A stretch of DNA of 59,131 nucleotides, the filler included, from Nemertoderma westbladi (Eukaryota > Animalia > Xenacoelomorpha), in NCBI GenBank assembly GCA_032718475.1. It is 3 parts of 3 records of this genome, joined end to end, with 100 filler letters (N's around TTAATTAATTAA, not from the genome) between each part and the next. Parts side by side here need not be neighbours in the genome. Positions count along the whole stretch, not along the records: positions 1 to 27,414 come from JAUCBJ010003724.1; 2 more parts are not named here. The stretch is one strand, 5' to 3'. The notes below the pieces were generated by a model. It saw only the letters and a list, made by a program, of their open reading frames with translations, made no database searches and had not been told where the DNA came from. Below, piece after piece: positions 9,706 to 21,200 of this stretch (its first letter is position 1; each line of letters starts with the position of its first letter). The position numbers were made by a program, and so were the translations under genes.

Positions 9706-12700
9706 GTTAGCAAGTAGTACATTGCGTCGCTGAGTACATGTTAGCAAGTAGTACATTGCGTCACTGAGTACAGGTTAGCAAGTAGTACATTGCGTCACTG
9801 AGTACAGGTTAGCAAGTATTACATTGCGTCACGGAGTACAGGTTAGCAAGTAGTACATTGCGTCACTGAGTACAGGTTAGCAAGTAGTACATTGCGTCAC
9901 TGAGTACATGTTAGCAAGTAGTACATTGCGTCACTGAGTACAGGTTAGCAAGTAGTACATTGCGTCACTGAGTACGGGTTAGCAAGTAGTACATTGCGTC
10001 ACTGAGTACAGGTTAGCAAGTAGTACATTGCGTCACTGAGTACGGGTTAGCAAGTAGTACATTGCGTCGGTGAGTACAGGTTAGCAAGTAGTACATTGCG
10101 TCACTGAGTACAGGTTAGCAAGTAGTACATTGCGTCACTGAGTACAGGTTAGCAAGTAGTACATTGCGTCACTGAGTACAGGTTAGCAAGTAGTACATTG
10201 CGTCACTGAGTACGGGTTAGCAAGTAGTACATTGCGTCACTGAGTACAGGTTAGCAAGTAGTACATTGCGTCACTGAGTACATGTTAGCAAGTAGTACAT
10301 TGCGTCACTGAGTACGGGTTAGCAAGTAGTACATTGCGTCACTGAGTACAGGTTAGCAAGTAGTACATTGCGTCACTGAGTACAGGTTAGCAAGTAGTAC
10401 ATTGCGTCACTGAGTACAGGTTAGCAAGTAGTACATTGCGTCACTGAGTACAGGTTAGCAAGTAGTACATTGCGTCACTGAGTACGGGTTAGCAAGTAGT
10501 ACATTGCGTCACTGAGTACAGGTTAGCAAGTAGTACATTGCGTCACTGAGTACAGGTTAGCAAGTAGTACATTGCGTCACTGAGTACAGGTTAGCAAGTA
10601 GTACATTGCGTCACTGAGTACAGGTTAGCAAGTAGTACATTGCGTCACTGAGTACTAGGGATGCGACAGAGCTAAAATTTCATCCGGAGCCGGAGCCCGG
10701 AGGTTTCTCCGGGTTACAATATGAGCTCCGGCCGGAGACGGAGCCGGAGCCGGAGGTTTGGTGATTGATAATTCAAGTGTATTATTATAGTAGACATAGA
10801 CAGATATGCGTTCATGAAACAGGGGGGGGGGGGGGGGGGGATTTGATGCAAATTCTTACTCAATTATCAATTAAGGGAAATGAGCAGTTTGCAGTCGCAT
10901 GCTATTCTATTCTAATCAAAACAATAAACTATATTCAATAGAACAGGTTACAATTTTATTTTTGGGAGTAATTAGCAGTTATTTACGTCGATTTTCTCCT
11001 GGAGAGGGATGCATTTTGATTGCGTCCAAAGACTCCCTTTTATCTGGTGTTCAATGGGCTAAAATATACTGTAATGTTTTAGACTTTTCTTTCAGTTCAC
11101 ACTCATTACACAAACTCTGTTATTTTTATATTTCTTACGACTAGAAAATCAGTAACTTAGGTTTGTTGTCAACTTATCATCGACACTATTTTATGGGACA
11201 TTGTGTAATTAATTTCCAGGAGTTGGTGCAGTTTTCATTATATTGTCATTGATAAACGATAAAACATGTACCACCTACCTTACGTACGTAGGCTGGCATA
11301 AACCGGATATCTAAAATAATATTAGTAATTTGGATATATCACAACTGTTTAGAGGGCCTCGGTCTCTATTTACATTATTGAATGAGGAACTGAAATACAA
11401 TCGCCGCATACAAATATTGTATAACTATTAAAATTCTTATTACATAAATTTAATAAACATATATATAGTTCTATAATATAAAATAGTTCTAGAATTATAA
11501 GTATTTAAACTGATTATTTTATACAAAAATGAGCAGTACCAGCCTGTTGGGGATGGGAGGGGGGGGGGGGGTGTCAGTGGAATGGGTGTTCTTCTTTCGT
11601 CATCAGGTAATACCGTAGTACTGAGTGCAAGTCTTGTTTAATTACAGAATATTAAAAACTTTCAAAAATGCAGACATAAAACAACACCAATCACCTATTT
11701 ACATTGAACAAACAATTAAGATGGCGCGGGAATGAGTGTTCTAGACTGAGGAACGAAACGATAGTGTGACGTATTTAAGATTGTTTAATTAGGGAAGAAT
11801 ATTAATTGAATTAACTGAATCATTTCAATGTTTTTGTTCAAACATTTAAACAATTTCACAAAGGGGGTGGGAGGTTATCAGGAAACTTAAAAAACAAGCT
11901 GTAAATTACTTAATGAGTTATTATGTTAATTATTATGATATTTACATTATTCATACATCAGAAAAACTTATTATTTTAATTCGATTTTAAACAATATAAG
12001 CTCCGGATTGGCTCCGGGTTAATTTGCCCGGAGCCGGAACCAGAGCCGGAACTAGAAAATTGGCCCGGAGCTCCGGATTTCCGGAGCCGGAGCCGGAGCT
12101 CTGTCGCATCCCTACTGAGTACAGGTTAGCAAGTAGTACATTGCGTCACTGAGTACAGGTTAGCAAGTAGTACATTGCGTCACTGAGTACGGGTTAGCAA
12201 GTAGTACATTGCGTCACTGAGTACGGGTTAGCAAGTAGTACATTGCGTCACTGAGTACAGGTTAGCAAGTAGTACATTGCGTCACTGAGTACAGGTTAGC
12301 AAGTAGTACATTGCGTCACTGAGTACAGGTTAGCAAGTAGTACATTGCGTCACTGAGTACGGGTTAGCAAGTAGTACATTGCGTCACTGAGTACAGGTTA
12401 GCAAGTAGTACATTGCGTCACTGAGTACGGGTTAGCAAGTAGTACATTGCGTCACTGAGTACAGGTTAGCAAGTAGTACATTGCGTCACTGAGTACGGGT
12501 TAGCAAGTAGTACATTGCGTCACTGAGTACAGGTTAGCAAGTAGTACATTGCGTCACTGAGTACGGGTTAGCAAGTAGTACATTGCGTCACTGAGTACGG
12601 GTTAGCAAGTAGTACATTGCGTCACTGAGTACAGGTTAGCAAGTAGTACATTGCGTCACTGAGTACAGGTTAGCAAGTAGTACATTGCGTCACTGAGTAC

Positions 12701-14814
12701 AGGTTAGCAAGTAGTACATTGCGTCACTGAGTACAGGTTAGCAAGTAGTACATTGCGTCACTGAGTACAGGTTAGCAAGTAGTACATTGCGTCACTGAGT
12801 ACGGGTTAGCAAGTAGTACATTGCGTCACTGAGTACGGGTTAGCAAGTAGTACATTGCGTCACTGAGTACAGGTTAGCAAGTAGTACATTGCGTCACTGA
12901 GTACAGGTTAGCAAGTAGTACATTGCGTCACTGAGTACAGGTTAGCAAGTAGTACATTGCGTCACTGAGTACGGGTTAGCAAGTAGTACATTGCGTCACT
13001 GAGTACAGGTTAGCAAGTAGTACATTGCGTCACTGAGTACGGGTTAGCAAGTAGTACATTGCGTCACTGAGTACAGGTTAGCAAGTAGTACATTGCGTCA
13101 CTGAGTACAGGTTAGCAAGTAGTACATTGCGTCACTGAGTACAGGTTAGCAAGTAGTACATTGCGTCACTGAGTACAGGTTAGCAAGTAGTACATTGCGT
13201 CACTGAGTACGGGTTAGCAAGTAGTACATTGCGTCACTGAGTACAGGTTAGCAAGTAGTACATTGCGTCACTGAGTACAGGTTAGCAAGTAGTACATTGC
13301 GTCACTGAGTACAGGTTAGCAAGTAGTACATTGCGTCACTGAGTACAGGTTAGCAAGTAGTACATTGCGTCACTGAGTACAGGTTAGCAAGTAGTACATT
13401 GCGTCACTGAGTACGGGTTAGCAAGTAGTACATTGCGTCACTGAGTACGGGTTAGCAAGTAGTACATTGCGTCACTGAGTACGGGTTAGCAAGTAGTACA
13501 TTGCGTCACTGAGTACGGGTTAGCAAGTAGTACATTGCGTCACTGAGTACAGGTTAGCAAGTAGTACATTGCGTCACTGAGTACAGGTTAGCAAGTAGTA
13601 CATTGCGTCACTGAGTACGGGTTAGCAAGTAGTACATTGCGTCACTGAGTACGGGTTAGCAAGTAGTACATTGCGTCACTGAGTACAGGTTAGCAAGTAG
13701 TACATTGCGTCACTGAGTACGGGTTAGCAAGTAGTACATTGCGTCACTGAGTACGGGTTAGCAAGTAGTACATTGCGTCACTGAGTACGGGTTAGCAAGT
13801 AGTACATTGCGTCACTGAGTACAGGTTAGCAAGTAGTACATTGCGTCACTGAGTACAGGTTAGCAAGTAGTACATTGCGTCACTGAGTACGGGTTAGCAA
13901 GTAGTACATTGCGTCACTGAGTACGGGTTAGCAAGTAGTACATTGCGTCACTGAGTACGGGTTAGCAAGTAGTACATTGCGTCACTGAGTACGGGTTAGC
14001 AAGTAGTACATTGCGTCACTGAGTACGGGTTAGCAAGTAGTACATTGCGTCACTGAGTACGGGTTAGCAAGTAGTACATTGCGTCACTGAGTACGGGTTA
14101 GCAAGTAGTACATTGCGTCACTGAGTACGGGTTAGCAAGTAGTACATTGCGTCACTGAGTACGGGTTAGCAAGTAGTACATTGCGTCACTGAGTACGGGT
14201 TAGCAAGTAGTACATTGCGTCACTGAGTACGGGTTAGCAAGTAGTACATTGCGTCACTGAGTACAGGTTAGCAAGTAGTACATTGCGTCACTGAGTACAG
14301 GTTAGCAAGTAGTACATTGCGTCACTGAGTACGGGTTAGCAAGTAGTACATTGCGTCACTGAGTACGGGTTAGCAAGTAGTACATTGCGTCACTGAGTAC
14401 AGGTTAGCAAGTAGTACATTGCGTCACTGAGTACAGGGTTAGCAAGTAGTACATTGCGTCACTGAGTACGGGTTAGCAAGTAGTACATTGCGTCACTGAG
14501 TACGGGTTAGCAAGTAGTACATTGCGTCACTGAGTACAGGTTAGCAAGTAGTACATTGCGTCACTGAGTACAGGTTAGCAAGTAGTACATTGCGTCACTG
14601 AGTACAGGTTAGCAAGTAGTACATTGCGTCACTGAGTACAGGTTAGCAAGTAGTACATTGCGTCACTGAGTACAGGTTAGCAAGTAGTACATTGCGTCAC
14701 TGAGTACAGGTTAGCAAGTAGTACATTGCGTCACTGAGTACAGGTTAGCAAGTAGTACATTGCGTCACTGAGTACAGGTTAGCAAGTAGTACATTGCGTC
14801 ACTGAGTACAGGTT
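9691..14814. repeat. 34-bp minisatellite (CGTCACTGAGTACAGGTTAGCAAGTAGTACATTG)n, ~108 copies, interrupted by a hAT element
   Basis: Array at 9691-10655 and 12115-14814. Variants are almost only TACAGG/TACGGG/TACATG. Confidence 0.97.
10656..12114. mobile_element. Non-autonomous hAT (Ac-like) transposon
   Basis: Perfect 18-bp TIR TAGGGATGCGACAGAGCT / AGCTCTGTCGCATCCCTA; 8-bp TSD CTGAGTAC (10648-10655, 12115-12122); subterminal CCGGAG repeats at both ends; no transposase. Confidence 0.92.
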
Positions 14815-15080
14815 ATAAGTGCATTACGTTACGAAAGGCTGAGTGTTGTGGGCAAACTATACGGAATCCATGATTTTCTGTAAGGGCACAATTCAACATG
14901 AGCCTATAATTGGGTCTGTGACATTGTATTGTATAAGTATATACACATTAGGACATAGGACATTGTATAAGTGGCATTGTATTATATTCACACCATTAAA
15001 TATAGTGGTCGTCCATCATTAACTCACTTTATTTCACGCCGTATACTTGAAATATTGTAATATTATTTTTTACTGAATAG

Positions 15081-15197
15081 GTTCCCTGTGGACTCGAATC
15101 ACCCAGATAGCGTCACATTCGTTTCGACGACAATTTACGATGCTTCGGGTATATTGGATACTATGGGTTCCCGTGGTAACCATATCGTAAGTGTCAG
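15081..15197 (+). CDS. MEGF8: MEGF8 exon
   Basis: tgaatAG / GTGAGT. FPVDSNHPDSVTFVS resembles MEGF8 PPNTSQPDKVSIV; phase 2-2. Confidence 0.82.
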
Positions 15198-16226
15198 GTG
15201 AGTAAGTATGAGTGACGGGCCACACCTAGACCGACATGTGTCAGCTCTACAGAGACCTTCATTTATTTTCGTATAATACACTGGAACACTTCACTTATTC
15301 CCCTCTGGTGAAAAAGTAGCCCGTGAAATATGGTCGTAACGAAACAGATGTCCTAATTGCGATATCAGAAATTGTACATCTTCATTTTGTCAAAAGGATT
15401 TACAGATCACAGCTAATTATAAAATTATGTAAATTCATGATAAATTCATACGTCCCACAATGGGAATTTGGTTTATTTGTAACAGAACGGTACACAATAC
15501 TAAATACACGTACACCACACCATACACCATACTACTGTAATATTTAGTGCTGCGAACTGAAAGAAAATTTAACTTGTTCCAGTTTCAGTTCTAATAAACT
15601 TACTTATTTCAGTTCTAGTTCCCAAAAAAATTAAATATTTTCAGTTCCAATTTCAAAAATTTTACAAGTGTCTACATACATAACAAGCTGCCGTGGCCAA
15701 TCATTTACACAAGATATTAAATGTCTTACTGGAAAACGCCGCCGGGCCGGAGCACAGCTAAGTGTCGAACGGGTGGTTCCATCAACTCAGCAGTGACCCC
15801 CGATGTTGGCGTCCATCCGACGGTTGTGTTTGCTGGTTATGTGGTGGCCCGGTGGATGGCCACGAGCATTACAACTCCTGTAGTAAAATTCCACCCTACC
15901 GAAGCAACTTGTGAGTTCCTCTGTTTCGGATCGAGCCTTCAGCTGCAACGCCCTGACCCACCTTCGGGGGTTGCACCTTTGTGAATTAAACTGTTCCTAA
16001 ACTGTTTGTAAAGATTTTAATTAACAAATGTTTTGGCTTGTTTTTTAATCTATCAAATTTTACCATAAGATGGAAATAAATTTATTATCTATTAAATAAT
16101 TTATCTATAAGAATTTCTATTAAAATTATTTTTTTTATCGACGAAATGTTTCATTTTGAAAATATTATTAACACATTTAAAAGTCATTGCAATCTTACTG
16201 CTTTGTAATGAATACCATTAACTATT

Positions 16227-16934
16227 TACATCATTGTCTGCAAAGTAGCACTTAGTAGCGTTATGGCCCGAGATTATTTATGTACCGAGTGAGCGCAGCG
16301 AGGGAGGTTTACATAAATAAATAAGGGTCTTTAACGCTGAAAAGTGACCTTTGCACACAATGATGTATGTAATTTTGTTACATTATGTCAACTTATCAGC
16401 GTTCGGTATGTGAAGAAATGATTTTATGGATGCTCATTTATACATTTTAATCATTGTACTATATCGAATATAAGTGAAAATTATTAACAGGTACCGGTAC
16501 TATTACATTTATATCTAATTAACATTTATTGTTGTTATCTCCTGCATGGATGTGATAAATCTTTGATCCATCTTGACAATAGTCGACTGAAGCAAACTGA
16601 GTCACCGTCTGGGTCCGTTCAGTTTTACTACTGAACACTGTCGGCATATTTTCTTTGCTCATTTTCTCTAAAATGTCTTCTATAGGACGTATGGAATACA
16701 GTCTTACACGTTAAACAATTATTTACATACATTAGCTAGTCCCGTCACTTCAAACTGACGCACGCATTATGCAACACGTCTGGTTTATTGAATAAAGCAG
16801 CACGCATTAACATAAATGGAAATAATACATTCTGGAATACGGTAATTGTAAGTTGTTTCCATGTCATTGATTACTTTGCAGCGTTACGAGTAATTCACCA
16901 GAACGCTGATATAAGTTGACATAATGAGACAAAA
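16227..16934. mobile_element. Interspersed element with two inverted-repeat pairs (copy 1)
   Basis: IR1 16227-16245 / 16349-16367 encloses CCGAGTGAGCGCAGCGAGG; IR2 16373-16404 / 16901-16934. An inverted homolog lies at 25433-25840. Confidence 0.65.
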
Positions 16935-17093
16935 ACATTTAATTGCTGCTATCATCTCATCATTCTGTAAGATTTCGCAAACTCTCAGCTCAAAATTCCT
17001 TGTGCTGCAAAAGGCAGCCCCCCCCCCCCCCCCCCCCCAGTTAGAATAAATATTTATTTACGTTTTACTTTTTATTTATAAACTTTTTTATAG

Positions 17094-17340
17094 ATTCCAA
17101 GGATTAATATTCCCTCCTGCTGACATTGCCAACGCGACGTTGTACGCATATGGACCGGTCCCTAGCAGCGGGACTCCTATTTCTGTTTCCGTCGAATTAT
17201 TCCTGCAAAAGTCCTTGATAGAATCGACTCTAGTAGACGCGGGTGGCCCGGAGGTGGGCCGCTGGCCCGACGGTCTGTCTATCTTTAGTGACTCAGACGG
17301 CATCAGCCCCTACGGATTCCTTCTAAATGTTACCGTTCAG
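17094..17340 (+). CDS. MEGF8: MEGF8 exon
   Basis: ttttatAG / GTGAGT. (R)FQGLIFP matches YRGFIYP, and EVGRW is present; phase 2 to 0. Confidence 0.85.
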
Positions 17341-17394
17341 GTGAGTTTAAGTGTTTCAGTCGCATCGAACCAGAACCGTGTCGCAGTCGCACTA

Positions 17395-17470
17395 GAGGTT
17401 GGTGGAGTAGTTAGTCAGCCCGCCTTTGCTGCTGGAGAGGTCCCCGGTTCGACGCGGGGTCCTAGCAGTT
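17395..17470 (+). mobile_element. Possible tRNA-derived SINE head
   Basis: A-box-like TGGAGTAGTTAG followed about 40 nt later by B-box-like GGTTCGACGC; no complete cloverleaf. Confidence 0.35.
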
Positions 17471-18230
17471 ACAATTTTTTGAACTGATGCGCCTGATCGA
17501 GTTAAATTCCTGTCTTATTAAAATTAATTTATATTTGATTACTGGTTGGTTTACCGGCATTAAAACGCCTTTTTAGTATTTAACCATCTCTGTTGGCTTT
17601 ATTTTTCATCTTTTGATTGTAATCTTAGATATCATTAGAACCGCCTTCATCCTTTAAGTAGCAATCATAAATAGTTAATACATTTCTGTTCTGGTACAAA
17701 TATTAATTTGTGTTATATGTTATATTAGCACTGTGAGGCATTAAATATTATAGGTTTACCATTTAAGATAATACAAATGCTTTACAGCGAAAACGCAGAA
17801 CACAGCTAGATAATCAAATAAACAACCGACAAAGCCATAAGCAAAAGTAAACAAACAAATAATAAACAAACAAAACAAACAAAACCCTCCCCCCTAAATT
17901 TACTATTCATCGGATATTCAAGAAAATGTACTATTTTCTAAATTTAATTAATTAATTATTTATAATAATAAATTTATAATTATAAATATTATTTAATTTA
18001 ATTTACTTCGGGATCCCTTTCCAATAAAGTCGGGATTGGTACCGGAATTAAATTTATCGCTGAGATCCCGTATTTTCGGGATCGGGATCCCGTTTAAACA
18101 CTGATTTCAATACAAAATACAATCTATGGGTTGGATTAAGTTTATTAGTCCTTATACTGTTGCGGTGATATACCACAAAATCCCACCGAATTGCGTTTGT
18201 AATTAAAGATACAATTTTAATTTATTTCAG

Positions 18231-21200
18231 CTGAATGTCGAGGAATATAATCATAATAATATAATTGAATGGGACGATTCGCGAGTTATTGGCCTTATTT
18301 GGTCTTACGGCACCCCGCACCACAGCGAGACGACTCCCGTTCCCATAGACAGCCGCTTCCTGCGGCCGTGGCGTTCCCCCGACGCGGTCGCCTGTAGGGC
18401 ACACCGGTCGTGTCTCGGCTGTCTGGCGGACATGGGCTGCGCGTGGAGGTCCGACCGAGTCTGCATCTACCTAGCGGACACCGCCGTCCCGGACAACCCC
18501 GAACTATCGGAGTCCGTCGACCCGGACGGGTGTCCGAGATGTGCCGACCACCACGAGTGCGGTTCCTGCGTCCGGGATTCCGACTGCCAATGGAGTCGGG
18601 CCGGGTGCCAACGCCGAGGCATTGTTTCGGAGAGTGGCGCCGTCACGCAGCTGTCCTCGTGTCCCGAACCGTGCGATCTCCGCACCTCCTGCTCGAGTTG
18701 CACCGCCCCCGATCCGACATCCCCACCCGACTGCCTCTGGTGCCCCGACACCAACTCTTGTTTAACCTTTTCCACCTTCCTGGTCGCGCTGTCGTTCGGC
18801 CGCTGTCGCAGCTGGGTCGCGTCGCCCCACCCGTGTCCCAGCTGCCGGGACACCGACGTCTGTCCCGGTTGTCTGTCCCGACCCGGGTGCGGTTGGTATC
18901 AACGGCCGGGGTCAGACTCGGGTTGCTGCGCGGAGGGCGGGTTCACCGGTCCGCATCGCGACGGCGGTTGCTCGGAAGTCGCCGACTCGCCGGACCGCGG
19001 GTGGTGGATGTACGAGTCGTGCGGCTGCAGACAGCGGTGCGTCCACGGCACCTGTTCCGGGTATCCTCGGTTCGAGTGTCTCTGCGACCTCGGGTGGTAC
19101 GGAGTTTCTTGCGACAAGGATTGCATGTGCAACTATCAGAGTGATTGCGACGGCGAGGGTAATTGTCTGGAATGTCGGAACCACACGATGGGCGCTCGGT
19201 GCGAGAGCTGCGTCGAGGGTTACTGGGGTAACAATCTACACTCTGGTGGCGGCTGTCCGGAATCCTGTGACTGCGGCATTTTGGGAGATTGCCATGAAAT
19301 TACTGGTCAATGTCAATGCACCAAAGGTTCCCATGGAAATAAATGCCTCGAATGTGGTCCCGGTTACTATGGTGATGCCGTTAATGGGCGGTGTTATAGG
19401 CAGTGCAGCGATGCTGTGACAACGTTCATAGAGAGAGAAGGATCTTTTGGTATCCTTAGCAACAACTCGACACAACGAATTCACTGCGCATGGATACTTG
19501 ACTTCACTCGAGATCACGAGCTAATCAACCACAATGATAAGGTCTCGAGATATTCCCCGACTGTCGTTTTGACCATTGAAGAAATAGCTGTTGAATGCGG
19601 AAAACAAGCAGTAATGGTATACGATGGTCTCCCGGCGAAGCATTTCGGAGGTCAGGCTACTCCATCTTCCAGTCTCATTGCGGCCTTGTGTGGAAACACC
19701 ACGAAGGGAACTAAACCACGGACCTTGCAGTCATCTCAAGGTATCATCTCTGTCATTTACCAAGCTTATATAGGGAGACAAATAGAAGATGATGTTGATG
19801 ATAGTAATATTGATCATATTGACGATTTACTTTATAATCCTAAATTAGATAATGTCAACTTAAAGGCTCAAAAGGGTACCATTACGGATAAAGTAAAACA
19901 CGATGATGTTGGTTCAAAGGTAGATGGCCGTGTTGGTAATGAGGAGGTTGTTAATACTGCGTTTATTAATACGAGTGGATTTAATGCTACTTATCAGGTC
20001 TTTGGATGTAATTCTAATTGTGACCATCCTAATAGAAGCTGCAGTTTGCTAGCGTGCCCAGACCCTCCATGTCCTCTAGTTTGCGGCTGTCGCCCAGGCT
20101 ACACGGGGCCAGACTGTACCCAGCGTGTCTGTCCTGTGGAGTGCCAGTCCTGCAACGCCACCTCCCAAGGTTGTATCTGCGATGCCATGCACTACGGTAA
20201 TGGTTGTCAATACATCGATGATTCCCGCGAATATGACGTTTGGGATTCTACAGTTACAGTGGAGAGTTTGGGTAATGGCAAAATGGGTACGAATCCTCGC
20301 CACACCGGGGCCACAATTGTCGCGAAAAACGCCACTCATTTATTGTTGTACGGAGGATTTATTCCGGATGGGCAATTCCCCAATAACATATACGAGTTCG
20401 ATACGAGAGCTCAGACGTGGAGTAAGTTGGCTCCTAAAGCGGCGCCGACGGGTCGCTACCGACATGCCATCGTGTACATTAAGACCAGCCTCCAACAGAG
20501 CCTTTACGTCTACGGCGGAATCAGCCAACACGGCGCGTTCTCCAACTCGTTTTGGCGGTGTTGTAAGAACGATCCCCGCTCGTACAGTGCCCTCGCGACC
20601 GGAGCCGCTTGGGAGTACCTCGGGACGGGGCCCTCCAAGTTCCCGGATGGGCTCGCCGGACACACGCTAACACCCTTTATCGATCCCAGAGTGGGCAACA
20701 CCAAGCTCCTCCTAATCGGGGGCTACTCCTCCATCTCCGGCTTCAATAAGGACATTTACGAACTCCAGGTTAAGCCGCACTACCACGACGGCCTCAAGTG
20801 GACCCTAATAACTTCCAACACAAAGGACGTTAACCCAGCCGGCATTCACGGACACACGACAGTGTATAATTCCGGTGTATTCTACATCTTTGGAGGTTAT
20901 TTATACAAGAAAGGTCGTCTTTCATTAACCAACCGAATGTTTGCCTTTGATTATAGTAGACGTAAATGGCAGAACATCCCTGTGTTGCAGAGAGTGCCAC
21001 CAATTGTCTTCCACTCCACTGTTTTGATTGGTCAACTGATGGTTTCTTTGTGTGGGCGGACCGATGAAGAAGACTTCACCAACTTAATGATTACCTTTCA
21101 TTTGAAAACTTACCGTTGGCAGGTGCGTCGCATAGTCGGTGTTCGTCCACAGATATCTGGGAGCGCCGTATACCTTGGCGACCGCTCGGAGCACGTCGCC

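Noticed and set aside
9691-14814. CRISPR-like array of 34-bp repeats
   Set aside because: The units are contiguous with no unique spacers, there are no cas genes, and the context is a eukaryotic intron.
18005-18103. hAT-like end (CGGGATCCCG repeats ending AAACACTG)
   Set aside because: No partner terminus or TSD found, so it is not called as an element.
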